A stretch of DNA of 64,000 nt, taken from a virus. Position 1 is the stretch's first letter; the number at the start of each line of letters is the position of its first letter. Positions 31,701 to 39,464 of this stretch are shown one piece after another. The DNA is taken from positions 2,260 through 66,259 of IMG/VR virus record IMGVR_UViG_3300030116_002312; one strand, given 5' to 3'. A program made the position numbers and the translations under genes. Under the pieces are notes generated by a model. The model did no database searches and was not told the DNA's origin. It was given only the letters and a program-made list of their open reading frames with translations.

Positions 31701-34678
31701 CAAAAGCAAAAGATAATAAAACTGTAAATAAAGAATATGCAGAGGGTATGATTGAGGCTATGAAAAGAAGAGAAGGGCCTAAAGAGTTTGATCTTATAAA
31801 AAGAAAAAGTGATCAAGTTTTTGATGAATACAAAAGAGTATTAAAAGAAGATTATGAAGAGGGCCTTATATCAGAAGAGCTTTATAATGAGTTAAAAGAT
31901 ATAAATTATTCACCTAGAAAGTTTATTGATTACCTTATATTTTCAGAAAGAAATGTTCTTAATTTAAGAGGGGATAATCAATACAGAGTTGATGGTATAG
32001 ATAAATACATGCAAACATTAAAACATGGTAGCGATGGTATTTTATACACTGATCCTGTAAGGTTGTTACAACAGCGTATAGCACTTGCTCATAAATTAAG
32101 GTTTGAAAACAGATCTAGAAAAGGTATTTATGAATTTATTAAAACAATAGAAAACGCTGAAACAACACAAGATCCTGTTCAGAAAAAAAGATTTTCTAAT
32201 TTATTTGGATTAAGAAATGGTAAACCTATAACAGTAAAAGAAGCTGTGGGGCATACTTTAAAGCCTGGTGAGTCTGTAAATCCAGAAACTCATATAGAGG
32301 TTCAGGTTATGGAGGATGGTAAAAAAATTAAATTTGCTATGACAATCGATGCTTATAGAAGTTTTATAGCGACACCACATGATACTAATATTCAGAAGGG
32401 ACAATTAAGCTTACCTTTAAAAATTCTTGAAGGATTTTTTGGTGTACCAGGAAAAATATTAAAAACTTTTGCTACTGGTGTAGGAGCCCCTACATTTTTC
32501 TTAGTTAACCTTGTTCTTGACTTCACTCAACAAACACATTTTACAGACACTTATAGTGGTGGTAGATTGTGGTGGAGAAGTATGTTACCTATAAAATACG
32601 GAATGGCCTTTAGTGATTGGATGGCTGTTAGTAGAGACGCTTTTGTTGGTGGAGAAAGATCTAAAGAGTACGCTAGATTGGGTGGTAACTTAGAGTTTTT
32701 CACTGATTATGGTTTGGGTGGTTATGGTAGTGTGATGGAAATTAGTCAAGGAAATATAGCGGCTAGAGTAAAACAACTTATGGAGCAAGAGGGAATGAGT
32801 GAGGTTGATGCTGTAGAGCAAGCTACTAGAGAAGAAGGATCTGCAATTTTACAAAAAAATGAGTACGATGCATTTACAAACCCAGAGTCAAGAGGTAGTT
32901 GGAATACAGCTAAAAGCTGGATGAGTAAATTAAATCAGTGGTCAGAAACAATGGCTCGTTTAGCTAATATGAGAAGATGGGAAATAAGATATATAAATGA
33001 GTATAAAAAGAAAAATGGTGGTGCGGAGCCAACAGGTGTTGATCTTGAAAGAATAAAGAAAAGAGCTGTTGCTAACGCTGTAGAGACCGCAAACTTTAAT
33101 AACGGTGGTAGAGCTATAAAGGCCATGGATAAGGCTGGATTCTCTTATTTAAATGCCGCTTGGCAAGTAATGTATAGGGGTGCTAAACATATAAAAAGAA
33201 ACCCTGGTATATTTATTTATGAGGCTACTCAATATGGACTTATGTTTGGTATGGCTTTAATGGCTTACAACCTTAGAAAATACAAGTGGACTGGAGAAGA
33301 GGAAGAAGATGATATATTAGATCAATTAGATAAAGCTAATGAAGAGGGTAATGAAGAAGAGATTCAAAGATTAGAAAGATATTTAAAAGATAAAAGAAAA
33401 CCTTACTTAGATTTTATACCTGATTATGAAAGAGATAGATATCATATAATAATAACTGGATGGAATGATGAACAGGGTAGGCCTAAATACTACAAAATAC
33501 GTAAAGATGAAAGATTAAGTTTTGTTAATGCTCCATTTGAGTCATTAGCTTATAAATCAATAACAGGAAAAGATTATGATGCACGTAGAAATAATATATT
33601 TAACTACACTCCTGTTATAGGCCTTAGGGGTGATGAAAGAGATATTTACGGTAGAAGGTTTCAAAACGCTTTACCTCCAGGATTAGGTGATTATAGGGAT
33701 ATATTAACTAGCTCACCTATGTTAAATCTTGTTTCCAAAACTGTTTTTAATTACGATACTTGGAGAGATCGAAAAATTTGGAATAATCCTGATGCGATGG
33801 GAATGAATCAGTATGAGTACGCTTTAAAAAGTGATGATAAACTAATAAAAGATTTATCTCAACTACTTGGTAAAACTCTTGGAAATGAAGGTTTTAATGT
33901 AACTCAATGGAAAGAAGGTGTTGGATCTATATTTACAAATTTAGATAAAAATCCTTGGTATCAATTAATTGATAATGCATACATATCTGTAACAGGTGGT
34001 TTAACAGATAATGAAAAGTTAGAGTATGGATCTATGTTTAATAAAATGCTAGAAGACGCTGTACCTGGTTTAGTTGAAACTAAATTTAGTGGATCTATAG
34101 ATTTAACAAGAAGAACAGATTTAGATGAACAACAAGAGATAGATGAAGTTTTTTATGAAGATAAATTAGATCAAGCTAATTACAGTATGGCCTTTAAGGA
34201 AGCTTTAAGAACATTTAAATATAGAGTTGATCCTAGTGGTTTTTATGTAGATAAAGATGGTGTTCGTATAAAACAAGGTGAATATCAACAACAATATATA
34301 GATGATTCATACGTAGAAATAGCTGAGGCAACATTAGAGGCTTATAAAATAAGAAATAAAAGATCTGGTATAGAAGAACCTAAGTTAACTGAGGATGACT
34401 ATAATAGTATATACAGAAGAGTTAAGTCTGCTTTTGAATACGATTATTTAAAAGATGATAAAATAAAACAATTAATGTATCATTACGATAATGGTAATGT
34501 AGAAACAGCAGCATTTATTGCTTTTACAGAATGGAGGGATAAAACAGAAAATCAAACTAAGGAGGATAATGCAAGGTTTGTAAATGTTTTATATGATTTA
34601 AGAGTTTTTGATAATAAGGAATTTGAAGATATGTATTACGATCAAATAGATATATATAAAAATGATGTTTCAAAATAA
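22715..34678 (+). CDS. Giant polyvalent internal virion protein (3987 aa)
   Basis: Uninterrupted ORF; ART-like, HDxxGH metal-binding, HhH-glycosylase-like, SAM-lyase-like and LPD38-like segments recognised by eye. Confidence 0.8.
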   Translation: MAVIYQKDKNAIKFIQEFYSKLTNHGLSQYEVDSILAQYDGDYQGMVKDLYEKLSDHRLSQEELDSIVNHYGLKKKDLADSTSDLEDGTSDLSETKTDKKTFKAQEGAIVPDQDQDVWVYNDYIGYYQKNGSNVPHGQVPENIKTKLKEEYNLKTNQEKLNIRDQQIDQAISSLGDMIETSSFDGNFSESYKIPQTKTGIETLMGLITDPRAREKLGYGYMTDEEVDSYLTKLNTAESSLAIWQQNISDEEYLNILNEEDNQKTHKNTPRVNKKIKEEKLKTKQDYDSGKNTNIYGISANMDTSVFGPKPITEENAQKFWTGQETVFKAPKINMPESISYTQSFPNITELVNFGDPFANTNYVSKGNYNYLTQDGVNAYNSLLDLAYEFQDIQKEKGLILEEAGVKNWNDLPENLKTEYVALNERESVINDAYSEGPYNQNISIYNQSIMNANELVAKGQTVSSDPIYDDNDKNEFLVFNYDVFSNKKIDNAQLPLDALTIDDISEEQFKKLQFEYMENISPLYSPEALLFGDASAYLSNESGLIDSLQLGKNQKYTQKDFTAYGDPQSFRNTFAQKYNMTGIVRLSEDIREMTAGKTNEEIFSDPAIIKAMNDYEYLFNKNIYDRVTATRGLSYEGENAAMDGNKTMTMFRLGEAYQRILREENELTNQLKNEKLTKKEKDALANQLTQLLLTKEKNRSIYNDIRKEGLPGYEELFNLVSGEYSDDVKLAPSNKIEFDNSVQQILTNREKFIQLYNKYVEDFGTDAALHKLKDNMHNINGKIMHMQYMHDNTFVTLPSGNKILVGDLMNYVYTNSRTPVRMGTKGTRGQYYREVDQNPYLASDQIGLPDNMFGTPDPTTQQGPSIGTSGPQPLYQGPIIKLDMDSYGALNPKKNNFASNMSILFGKGYEKEDLQFMYELASKFAADYQRNWNDLVGVSEIIAWNYDPTEGYSERTGAGLFAESMGTEIARGAKNIGSFLSTLSGGFAYEPNQELTEIEQRDQVARLLQEGTGQMTEDAKQESEFAWSQTLGSGTGMLFVIVAELIATRKFSLSAINKLNKLGDLSQNVKKYKKIINSSRVGRVSSDIFKETIVGASSFELTSGDQVTWRMGAAEGFVQSTLSNLFFGKSKYANLLLSAYKKAPNTTNAAYWTTRTGLGGTSEILAEYAGEFTQNLNNLNGNWNEAWEMTFGATKDEALKKFAVTAILCYGASGAFNLRTAKGMELELQKFVDSGIGPDGQPLSEEARAQGQDYLDAINEHKKGPMGEQIDMFENMTWEETSEAALFKLDQEVDPNFTAPETKTVIINGQPTTVLVDPGSPVYSVDGNSVSKEDIIKFINEGGLDRKDVEVVVENDKEVSDLVENTLNKKSDPEELIDPNLDFDESVNEYKGSDLGGGKLGQGKEKAKVVQASKTEKGKEIVNDLKNKLFENKKTVTVYRVGSLNDGHNPFTTSKEMAETLSKERGEQGLSTEIITLEVTPDDVSVVIPGAEGEIFVELNDSNRSRLNKQIDFKSEEFLQQERNQIQEEINTIEQNIEKRNQALQEGKLNENLVNDQNKKDERKLINLRRRLGDTTNIDSDDGKQLDLFEGESTRSYAGNSTNVPAGQRVFNDPNPGTTQSTKDYIAKNAKNLGIDYTPPQVDDKRDEERSKRIADAYDSMENNPEDPKTKSAYEALSKEVQMQYNQMVSDGVEVEIWEGTGEPYANSDQMIKDVRDNNHLYIYSTLEGYGEAEISEKAMQDNPLLRPTEQVDINNKPLLVNDLFRAVHDYYGHTELGNGFGVIGEEIAWQNHSRMFSPNARRAMTTETRGQNSWVNFNKNLRNQDGTMPKKGDNNYVSPKERPFADQKIGLLPDEFVFVERKNVRKNPGDRVFKFDLNTATYKGAINGREIEIKKNPWKKEWTEVSTGQVIGRTFGESVDNLRNVFKSVQGTVFSSDPNLNTKSFENAKISLEASTSEATGVQPDVVVKPFIDSESIINKIKKRRYTKLQLEAIQKALVKIQEAKADPTSMPLEIVLEDGGIVINDKNQVVFKTYGYSFSDSPLLEGMNDQQKIEFSSERMIQDFNSRRSISDPDFGWYSKTKDAIQKKFGSNANLFIELLGVTSPQASPKANFQKASEAIQMYSQGYFDTALENYNTKVQEIIEKFDSGKLGNPDLVKTRNKMISMIKQASENSGITKMNGMKFGITGTTGAITRVLYGNWMSNSPGLKTKQFTENLSGRNKRATIDVWAARNLKRLLYADSGLPWRARSFQENGVSPKDFAFAQSVYARAAEKLGVNIDDLQAAMWFIEKQFWFDNNYDSSKSGFEKATMLDQVEASNATERMMIGATAYIGNVTAEQKARLEAVGSKAGADAKARGASDIEIEAAMIDAMQGELRLNQAVVDLNDVIVKLNPEAGRVSLSEGVYMNQAEPSIDAEVLFTKGTDITSVVDQVIKIGLDNNQESVFVSKTTDSTHPNARPFTRIEFTESLSDSEMAEVSNILTKNGITGFSIHKNQQGQNIGLSFQFIPEFLIDQGLTLENVKEFETKHLQNTAKALAEIQSTLGENIINTIENGHVNTKIFTNGEYETIKQEQKSFETNIQTELTRRQGAVDRGDVSKDIIDKRQGDVFDERGIQRFHVLNEFADRLKELRKALGTRAYSDPFMITPTIKAGLFVMEKTLRATSNIATSIDAGINYIKSNLKEGEKFTKKQEDQIRDYFKNEIESVERPGGIDANKDSDLEGNQEITEEEMAQRELDEESVQEDVTEDAPSINETPTKEELSEENMDNMLDDLQTRTRSKMSGGKRQSLRRLFEYIRSGRFRDDAMIQLVEPKFVIKKRLQQLADQYNMGEAEFEALSQLTLWLQAPGAAKSEIDEMNTRLWRDENNIVIIKGKLKKGGKALTKGQIENIGMLNALERIIQLDQLSDQNKVVVDAIIKEINASKDPDQIKELKAQLDKLLDPAVSRMGYTVEDGKYKLVAKVNPDGDLVEGNLVEVPTGINYKGDQYHRRKHPKAKDNKTVNKEYAEGMIEAMKRREGPKEFDLIKRKSDQVFDEYKRVLKEDYEEGLISEELYNELKDINYSPRKFIDYLIFSERNVLNLRGDNQYRVDGIDKYMQTLKHGSDGILYTDPVRLLQQRIALAHKLRFENRSRKGIYEFIKTIENAETTQDPVQKKRFSNLFGLRNGKPITVKEAVGHTLKPGESVNPETHIEVQVMEDGKKIKFAMTIDAYRSFIATPHDTNIQKGQLSLPLKILEGFFGVPGKILKTFATGVGAPTFFLVNLVLDFTQQTHFTDTYSGGRLWWRSMLPIKYGMAFSDWMAVSRDAFVGGERSKEYARLGGNLEFFTDYGLGGYGSVMEISQGNIAARVKQLMEQEGMSEVDAVEQATREEGSAILQKNEYDAFTNPESRGSWNTAKSWMSKLNQWSETMARLANMRRWEIRYINEYKKKNGGAEPTGVDLERIKKRAVANAVETANFNNGGRAIKAMDKAGFSYLNAAWQVMYRGAKHIKRNPGIFIYEATQYGLMFGMALMAYNLRKYKWTGEEEEDDILDQLDKANEEGNEEEIQRLERYLKDKRKPYLDFIPDYERDRYHIIITGWNDEQGRPKYYKIRKDERLSFVNAPFESLAYKSITGKDYDARRNNIFNYTPVIGLRGDERDIYGRRFQNALPPGLGDYRDILTSSPMLNLVSKTVFNYDTWRDRKIWNNPDAMGMNQYEYALKSDDKLIKDLSQLLGKTLGNEGFNVTQWKEGVGSIFTNLDKNPWYQLIDNAYISVTGGLTDNEKLEYGSMFNKMLEDAVPGLVETKFSGSIDLTRRTDLDEQQEIDEVFYEDKLDQANYSMAFKEALRTFKYRVDPSGFYVDKDGVRIKQGEYQQQYIDDSYVEIAEATLEAYKIRNKRSGIEEPKLTEDDYNSIYRRVKSAFEYDYLKDDKIKQLMYHYDNGNVETAAFIAFTEWRDKTENQTKEDNARFVNVLYDLRVFDNKEFEDMYYDQIDIYKNDVSK
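22933..22942 (+). other. A10 slippery run, candidate -1 frameshift/slippage site
   Basis: TTA AAA AAA AAA GAT; -1 frame reads RFGRFYIRFGRWYIGFIRNENR* (stop 23008-23010). Confidence 0.5.
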
Positions 34679-34684
34679 AATTAT

Positions 34685-34692
34685 TATATTTG
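34685..34692 (+). promoter_or_regulatory. Bacteroidota -7 element, probably giving a near-leaderless mRNA
   Basis: TATATTTG 4 nt before ATG 34697. Confidence 0.6.
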
Positions 34693-34696
34693 TAAG

Positions 34697-35737
34697 ATGA
34701 AAAATACAAAATACATATACGCTTTTATAATACTTATGTTGTTTGGTTTATTAACTTGTAACGCACAGTTTTTTAAATACTCAACTTTTTATACTTCTAT
34801 GTCTATGGGCACCCCTATGACAGAGAGAGAGGATTATATAGCTGTAAACAAAGGTTATCAGGATGTAACTGAAGTTAACCCCTATGACTATAATTTAACT
34901 ATAGGGCTCAGAAAAATTGCTAGATTTGATTATGAATACAAAGTTAAGACATGGTATTATGGTACTGAAAGAGCTGTTGCAGACAACGTTACTATTGGTA
35001 ATGCTAACGGTTGGGAGTATCTTTTTAATTATTCTTTTATACGTAATCGTGGTGAAGCATTTACTGATCAAAATTACTGGATTAGATACCTGGGAACTAA
35101 ATGTGTAACAAAACTACAATACACTGATAATCAAAGAGTTGACTTAAGATTTACTTCTTTTGATACTAGATATAGATGGAATAAAGGTAATTGGGATTTT
35201 AGCATGGGTGCTGTTATGCGTGTCCATGATCCTTATGGATTTTTGCCGATCAGAGATTTTTGGACCCCAGGTGATAACAATACTTTTAACGACTTAGCTG
35301 CTGATTTTGGTTATTCAACTCAATACGTTCAGGGTAATTGGCATTGGTTTAATAATGAACAATTAATAGCAACCAGTAATGATGAGTTTTTTAAACATTA
35401 TTTTGGAGACGCTATAGCCTCTTTTAATGAAAGAGAGTTAGAAAAGTTAGGGTCACAAAAAGAAATAAGTGCTGTTGTTGGTGTGGCATACTACAAATGG
35501 ACTGATAAATTTTGGCTACACGCTTGGGGTAATATATTACCATTTCACTATGGTTTAGATGAATACTCTTATGAATATGGTCAAGATGATTTTGATCTAT
35601 TAGAATGGGATGCGGGTATGGTTTTAGGTATAAGACTTAATAAACACTTAGGTTTATTTGTTGAAGGCACCCACATGAGATACTGGATGAAGCCTGTATT
35701 TGATGTTAAGTTTGGGTTTAATTATTTAATATTTTAG
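34697..35737 (+). CDS. Exported outer-membrane beta-barrel-like protein
   Basis: Signal peptide (CNA|QF), aromatic alternating strands, C-terminal KFGFNYLIF beta-signal. Confidence 0.65.
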   Translation: MKNTKYIYAFIILMLFGLLTCNAQFFKYSTFYTSMSMGTPMTEREDYIAVNKGYQDVTEVNPYDYNLTIGLRKIARFDYEYKVKTWYYGTERAVADNVTIGNANGWEYLFNYSFIRNRGEAFTDQNYWIRYLGTKCVTKLQYTDNQRVDLRFTSFDTRYRWNKGNWDFSMGAVMRVHDPYGFLPIRDFWTPGDNNTFNDLAADFGYSTQYVQGNWHWFNNEQLIATSNDEFFKHYFGDAIASFNERELEKLGSQKEISAVVGVAYYKWTDKFWLHAWGNILPFHYGLDEYSYEYGQDDFDLLEWDAGMVLGIRLNKHLGLFVEGTHMRYWMKPVFDVKFGFNYLIF

Positions 35738-35739
35738 TT

Positions 35740-36474
35740 ATGGGAAGATATATTACTTTTTTATTATTGGCGACATTTTCATTTTCACAGGAATATGATT
35801 TTCAACAATTATGTTTAGATTGTGCTGAGTCTAATGGTTATTATTGTGGAGATGATCCAGCAAACTGGACTCAATACGCTCCTTTAGGTTGTGTTATTAA
35901 TGAGTGGTTAAACGATGGTTGGATCGACTGTGTCGATGAGGGTGATGAAAATGGTGCTGTACCAACATTACCAATGGAATGCATGCCTCCACCACCAGAT
36001 TGTGATACTGTATATGTGGATGTTCCTGTTTATATATATGAGACTATTTTTCAAACGGATACTATATATGACATAGAATACATAACTCAAATTGTAGTAG
36101 ACACTGTACAAATAGAGACATTTGTGCCCGAATACATATATATAACAGACACAGTAACTGTATACGAAGATGTTTTAGATACCTTGTTTGTTGATGTTAT
36201 AGAGTATGTGGACGTATTTGTATTTGACACAATAGTTCAAATAGAAACAGAGTATATAGAATTTTTTACTACAGACACTATAATAGAATATATAGAGATA
36301 ATTAATACAGAATATTTAGACTGTGAAACAGGACTTCCTTGTACTTCAAACATTCCTGAAATTATAGAGCAATCTAAGAAAGATAACAAGTTTTATAATT
36401 TGTTAGGGCAAGCCATCAAAGAGCCTAATGGTATTTACATTGAAGATGGTCAGGTTAAATATAAACTAAAATAA
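35740..36474 (+). CDS. Exported protein with LDLa-like acidic Cys motif, DT[VI] repeats and T9SS-like C-terminal motif
   Basis: SFS|QE signal; GCVINEWLNDGWIDCVDEGDE; FYNLLGQ...GIYI. Confidence 0.6.
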   Translation: MGRYITFLLLATFSFSQEYDFQQLCLDCAESNGYYCGDDPANWTQYAPLGCVINEWLNDGWIDCVDEGDENGAVPTLPMECMPPPPDCDTVYVDVPVYIYETIFQTDTIYDIEYITQIVVDTVQIETFVPEYIYITDTVTVYEDVLDTLFVDVIEYVDVFVFDTIVQIETEYIEFFTTDTIIEYIEIINTEYLDCETGLPCTSNIPEIIEQSKKDNKFYNLLGQAIKEPNGIYIEDGQVKYKLK

Positions 36475-36479
36475 TTATT

Positions 36480-36695
36480 ATGAACATTTTTAAAGATGAT
36501 AACAACTGGAACGAAAAATCTATTATTGGTTTTGTAGCGTTTCTTATTATGGTTATTGTAATGATAATCGATTTAGTAACTGGAGCTGTTGGATCAGATC
36601 TAATTATTAATAAATTTGTGTATGATTCATTTGTTTGGGTTGTACTAGGTTGCTTTGGTATAAGCGGAATAGAAAAATTTGCAAAGAAAAAATAA
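36480..36695 (+). CDS. Two-TM membrane protein (holin-like)
   Basis: Two hydrophobic helices, basic C-terminus GIEKFAKKK. Confidence 0.6.
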   Translation: MNIFKDDNNWNEKSIIGFVAFLIMVIVMIIDLVTGAVGSDLIINKFVYDSFVWVVLGCFGISGIEKFAKKK

Positions 36696-36696
36696 A

Positions 36697-37041
36697 ATGG
36701 CAAAAGAATTATCAGAGGATAGTAAATTTAACATAAGTATTAAAACCCTTGCTTGGATTGTAGCGGGGGTGGCTACATTAATAGCTGGTTATTATGGGGT
36801 TCTTAGTAACATAAATGGTAAATTCATGGAATTAGAACAAAAGGTTGAGGAAGCTTTAGAAAAACCTAAACCAGGAACAGGAACTTATACTATAGATATG
36901 GGAGACCCTGCCGCTACACAGACGTGGCCACCAACAAGAATGGAGTTCAATATGAAAGACGAAATGGCTAGACAGAAAATTGACAACATTATAAAAGAGC
37001 TAGACGAACTTAAAGAAGAACTTAAAGAATTAAAAAAATGA
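36697..37041 (+). CDS. Single-TM coiled-coil protein
   Basis: MAKELSEDSKFNISIKTL then TM helix and coiled coil; ATG 36697 directly follows previous stop. Confidence 0.65.
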   Translation: MAKELSEDSKFNISIKTLAWIVAGVATLIAGYYGVLSNINGKFMELEQKVEEALEKPKPGTGTYTIDMGDPAATQTWPPTRMEFNMKDEMARQKIDNIIKELDELKEELKELKK

Positions 37042-37439
37042 CAAAAAGAATTGATATTACAGGCTTTGTTTATATGTTAATAATAATATTGATATTTGCT
37101 TGTGGTACCGCTTTTGGTCAAGAGTTTGTATCCTCTGATAATTTTAAAAATAAAATAGCTAAAGACATTGTTGTTGTAGAATTTTGGGCTGGATGGAATG
37201 CTCAGAATGAATTTAAAGAATTAACAAAATTAAATGATTGTATGGTTTATAGAATAGATATATCAAAACACATGGATATTCAAATGAAGTATGATGTGTC
37301 CGCTATACCTACAGTTATTATATTTGATAACGGAATAGAAAAAGAAAAGTTTGGAGCCACTGTTATGTTTCAGTTAGATGCTGATAAAAAAACTGTACAG
37401 AACTCCATTGACACATTATTACTAAATAAATTTAATTAG
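37038..37439 (+). CDS. Exported thioredoxin-fold protein lacking CxxC
   Basis: VVVEFWAGWN replaces WCxxC; AIPTVIIFDNG cis-Pro motif; signal AFG|QE. Confidence 0.75.
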   Translation: MTKRIDITGFVYMLIIILIFACGTAFGQEFVSSDNFKNKIAKDIVVVEFWAGWNAQNEFKELTKLNDCMVYRIDISKHMDIQMKYDVSAIPTVIIFDNGIEKEKFGATVMFQLDADKKTVQNSIDTLLLNKFN

Positions 37440-37441
37440 AT

Positions 37442-37615
37442 ATGAATTGGATAAACTCTTGGAACAAAAGAAATAAAAAAAACAAAATAGAAATACAAAT
37501 AAGACTTGGATACTTAACATTATTTGAACTTTACATATGTGCTGAAAACTGTGAAAAAGATTGCGGATGCAAAAGAATAAGATTAATGATCTTAAACTTT
37601 GGATTTGAAATATAA
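37442..37615 (+). CDS. Small Cys-containing protein (57 aa, not in ORF track)
   Basis: MNWINSWNKR...CAENCEKDCGCKRIRLMILNFGFEI* fills the gap exactly. Confidence 0.65.
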   Translation: MNWINSWNKRNKKNKIEIQIRLGYLTLFELYICAENCEKDCGCKRIRLMILNFGFEI

Positions 37616-37617
37616 AA

Positions 37618-38325
37618 ATGTTATTAAATAAAAAAAATACAAAAGGTCCAAAGACTAATAAAAAAAAGCAAAAATCTGTAGAGGAAAAAAGAGAGGAGAT
37701 AATGAATGCTATAAATCAGGTTGTTGAAAATGATGACACAACAAACCCTGAGGCTTTACAACATTTATTAATAAGCACAGCTTTTTTAGAAAACTCCTTG
37801 GGTGCTAATAAAGAAGCTTATAACAGAGATTACACAAATTCTCAGTGGTCCATTGATGATAATTTTCTTAATGATATACTTACTAAAAGTGGTTTTGCTG
37901 TAGATGAAAGGGGTCAAAAAACAGATCAACTTAGAAATAATAATTATAATAAGTTTTTACAAAGAGCTGGTTACGATCCTGGTGATAGTGAAAGCATGGA
38001 TCAGTTTGTGAAGGATTTGGAAAATGATAACGCTTTGACTGGGGCGTACATGGCTAGGTTAAAATATTCTCTAAACCCAAACGCACCACTACCTGAATTA
38101 ACAAAGGAGAGTGTTTTTAAAACTTGGTATGGTGATTATAATGCGGGTGGAATTGAAGAGGGATCGGAAGAGTATAATAAAATAACAAATACTTTTAATG
38201 AGTTTTACGATGAATTTTTTAAAAAAACAGTTCCTAGTGAAACCGAAGAGGATGGGCCTACTGGAATGACTCCAAAGTTTATGGATAAAGGCACTGATAT
38301 TTTTAGTCCTGGATCTTTGATATAA
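37618..38325 (+). CDS. Lysozyme/transglycosylase-like protein, possibly virion-associated
   Basis: LLISTAFLENSLG...AYMARLKY...PLP...WYGDYN pattern. Confidence 0.45.
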   Translation: MLLNKKNTKGPKTNKKKQKSVEEKREEIMNAINQVVENDDTTNPEALQHLLISTAFLENSLGANKEAYNRDYTNSQWSIDDNFLNDILTKSGFAVDERGQKTDQLRNNNYNKFLQRAGYDPGDSESMDQFVKDLENDNALTGAYMARLKYSLNPNAPLPELTKESVFKTWYGDYNAGGIEEGSEEYNKITNTFNEFYDEFFKKTVPSETEEDGPTGMTPKFMDKGTDIFSPGSLI

Positions 38326-38346
38326 GATAAAAAAGAATTATATTTG
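38316..38346 (+). promoter_or_regulatory. Bacteroidota promoter
   Basis: TTTG-N19-TATATTTG (38339). Confidence 0.75.
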
Positions 38347-38376
38347 ATAAATTATTAACAATTTAAAAAAAAATAA

Positions 38377-38790
38377 ATGGCAACAACGACTGCACAAATT
38401 ACGTTAACTTCTACTGATCTATTAACAGATTCATTAAGCTTAACATCAACAGCTACTTTGTTTGATGCTGGTACTTCAACTGGTATTACTCAAACTGAAG
38501 GTTTGTCTAGAAAAATTACAACAGCAACTTCTGACGTTACTTTATTTGATGCTACACCAGCTACAACTTACGGTGCTAACAAAGCTCACAAAGTATACAT
38601 TAAAAACTGTTCTACAACTAGATCGGAATATGTAGCTGTAAAGATAAATGGAGAGGAGATAGGTAGATTATATGCTGGAGACTGGATGTTTATGCCTTGG
38701 AGTGCTCACGATGATAATAACGATATTGTAATCGCTCCTAGTGTATCTACTAGCATGACTTTTGAGTACATGTTATTCATATCTGCATAG
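38377..38790 (+). CDS. Thr-rich beta protein, putative virion structural protein
   Basis: Composition and codon bias like capsid genes. Confidence 0.55.
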   Translation: MATTTAQITLTSTDLLTDSLSLTSTATLFDAGTSTGITQTEGLSRKITTATSDVTLFDATPATTYGANKAHKVYIKNCSTTRSEYVAVKINGEEIGRLYAGDWMFMPWSAHDDNNDIVIAPSVSTSMTFEYMLFISA

Positions 38791-38793
38791 TAA

Positions 38794-39405
38794 ATGTATA
38801 CTAAGGATCAAATAGAAAAGGCTGTAAAGTCTAAAGGTTACGTATGGTTTGAAGATCCTAAGGATAAGGGTTATGATGTAAATATTGTTGGGATAAGAAA
38901 CTCTGAAACAGGAGATGAGGTAACCAATAAATTTGATGATAAAATAACCATATCCTATAAAGTAAATGGTGAATGGAAGTTTCACTGTTATGATTGCACA
39001 ACAGATCCAGGAAGATATTGGGTAGAGAATATAATGAGAAAGGAGGGGGTGGCCGCTTTGAAAGAAGGCCAGTACAGAAGATCTCACAAGATAAGACTAC
39101 ACGCTGGCAAATATCCAGCACTGGGTCAACAAAATCCCGTTACAGTATACAGAGATGCTAATAAAGATGGTTGTTATGATCTAAGCGATGATAATACGCA
39201 GACTGGATTGTATGGTATTAACATACATAGAGCTACAGCTAGAGAGGGAAAGAAATCAACAAAGGTTGATAAGTGGAGTGCTGGGTGTCAAGTTATAGCG
39301 GCCAATAAAGATTGGAAAGAGTTTATGGACATTTGTTATAAAGCTAGAGAGATCTGGGGTAACAATTTTACATACACTTTGATAGAATCAAAAGACATAA
39401 TTTAA
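38794..39405 (+). CDS. YkuD/L,D-transpeptidase-fold protein, candidate endolysin
   Basis: GINIHRA...WSAGCQV (H...S-x-G-C) catalytic motif. Confidence 0.65.
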   Translation: MYTKDQIEKAVKSKGYVWFEDPKDKGYDVNIVGIRNSETGDEVTNKFDDKITISYKVNGEWKFHCYDCTTDPGRYWVENIMRKEGVAALKEGQYRRSHKIRLHAGKYPALGQQNPVTVYRDANKDGCYDLSDDNTQTGLYGINIHRATAREGKKSTKVDKWSAGCQVIAANKDWKEFMDICYKAREIWGNNFTYTLIESKDII

Positions 39406-39429
39406 TTGTTAATAAATTTTTTAAAAGCT

Positions 39430-39461
39430 ATTGTGCTAAACAATACTTTTTACTATATTTA
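39430..39461 (+). promoter_or_regulatory. Bacteroidota-type promoter with no downstream plus-strand ORF
   Basis: ATTG-N20-TATATTTA, same spacing as other promoters. Confidence 0.55.
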
Positions 39462-39464
39462 ACT

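Noticed and set aside
22715-34678. crAss-like virion RNA polymerase
   Set aside because: No DxDxD catalytic motif in a polymerase context was seen (DFDE near 26860 does not fit); polyvalent-type motifs are present instead
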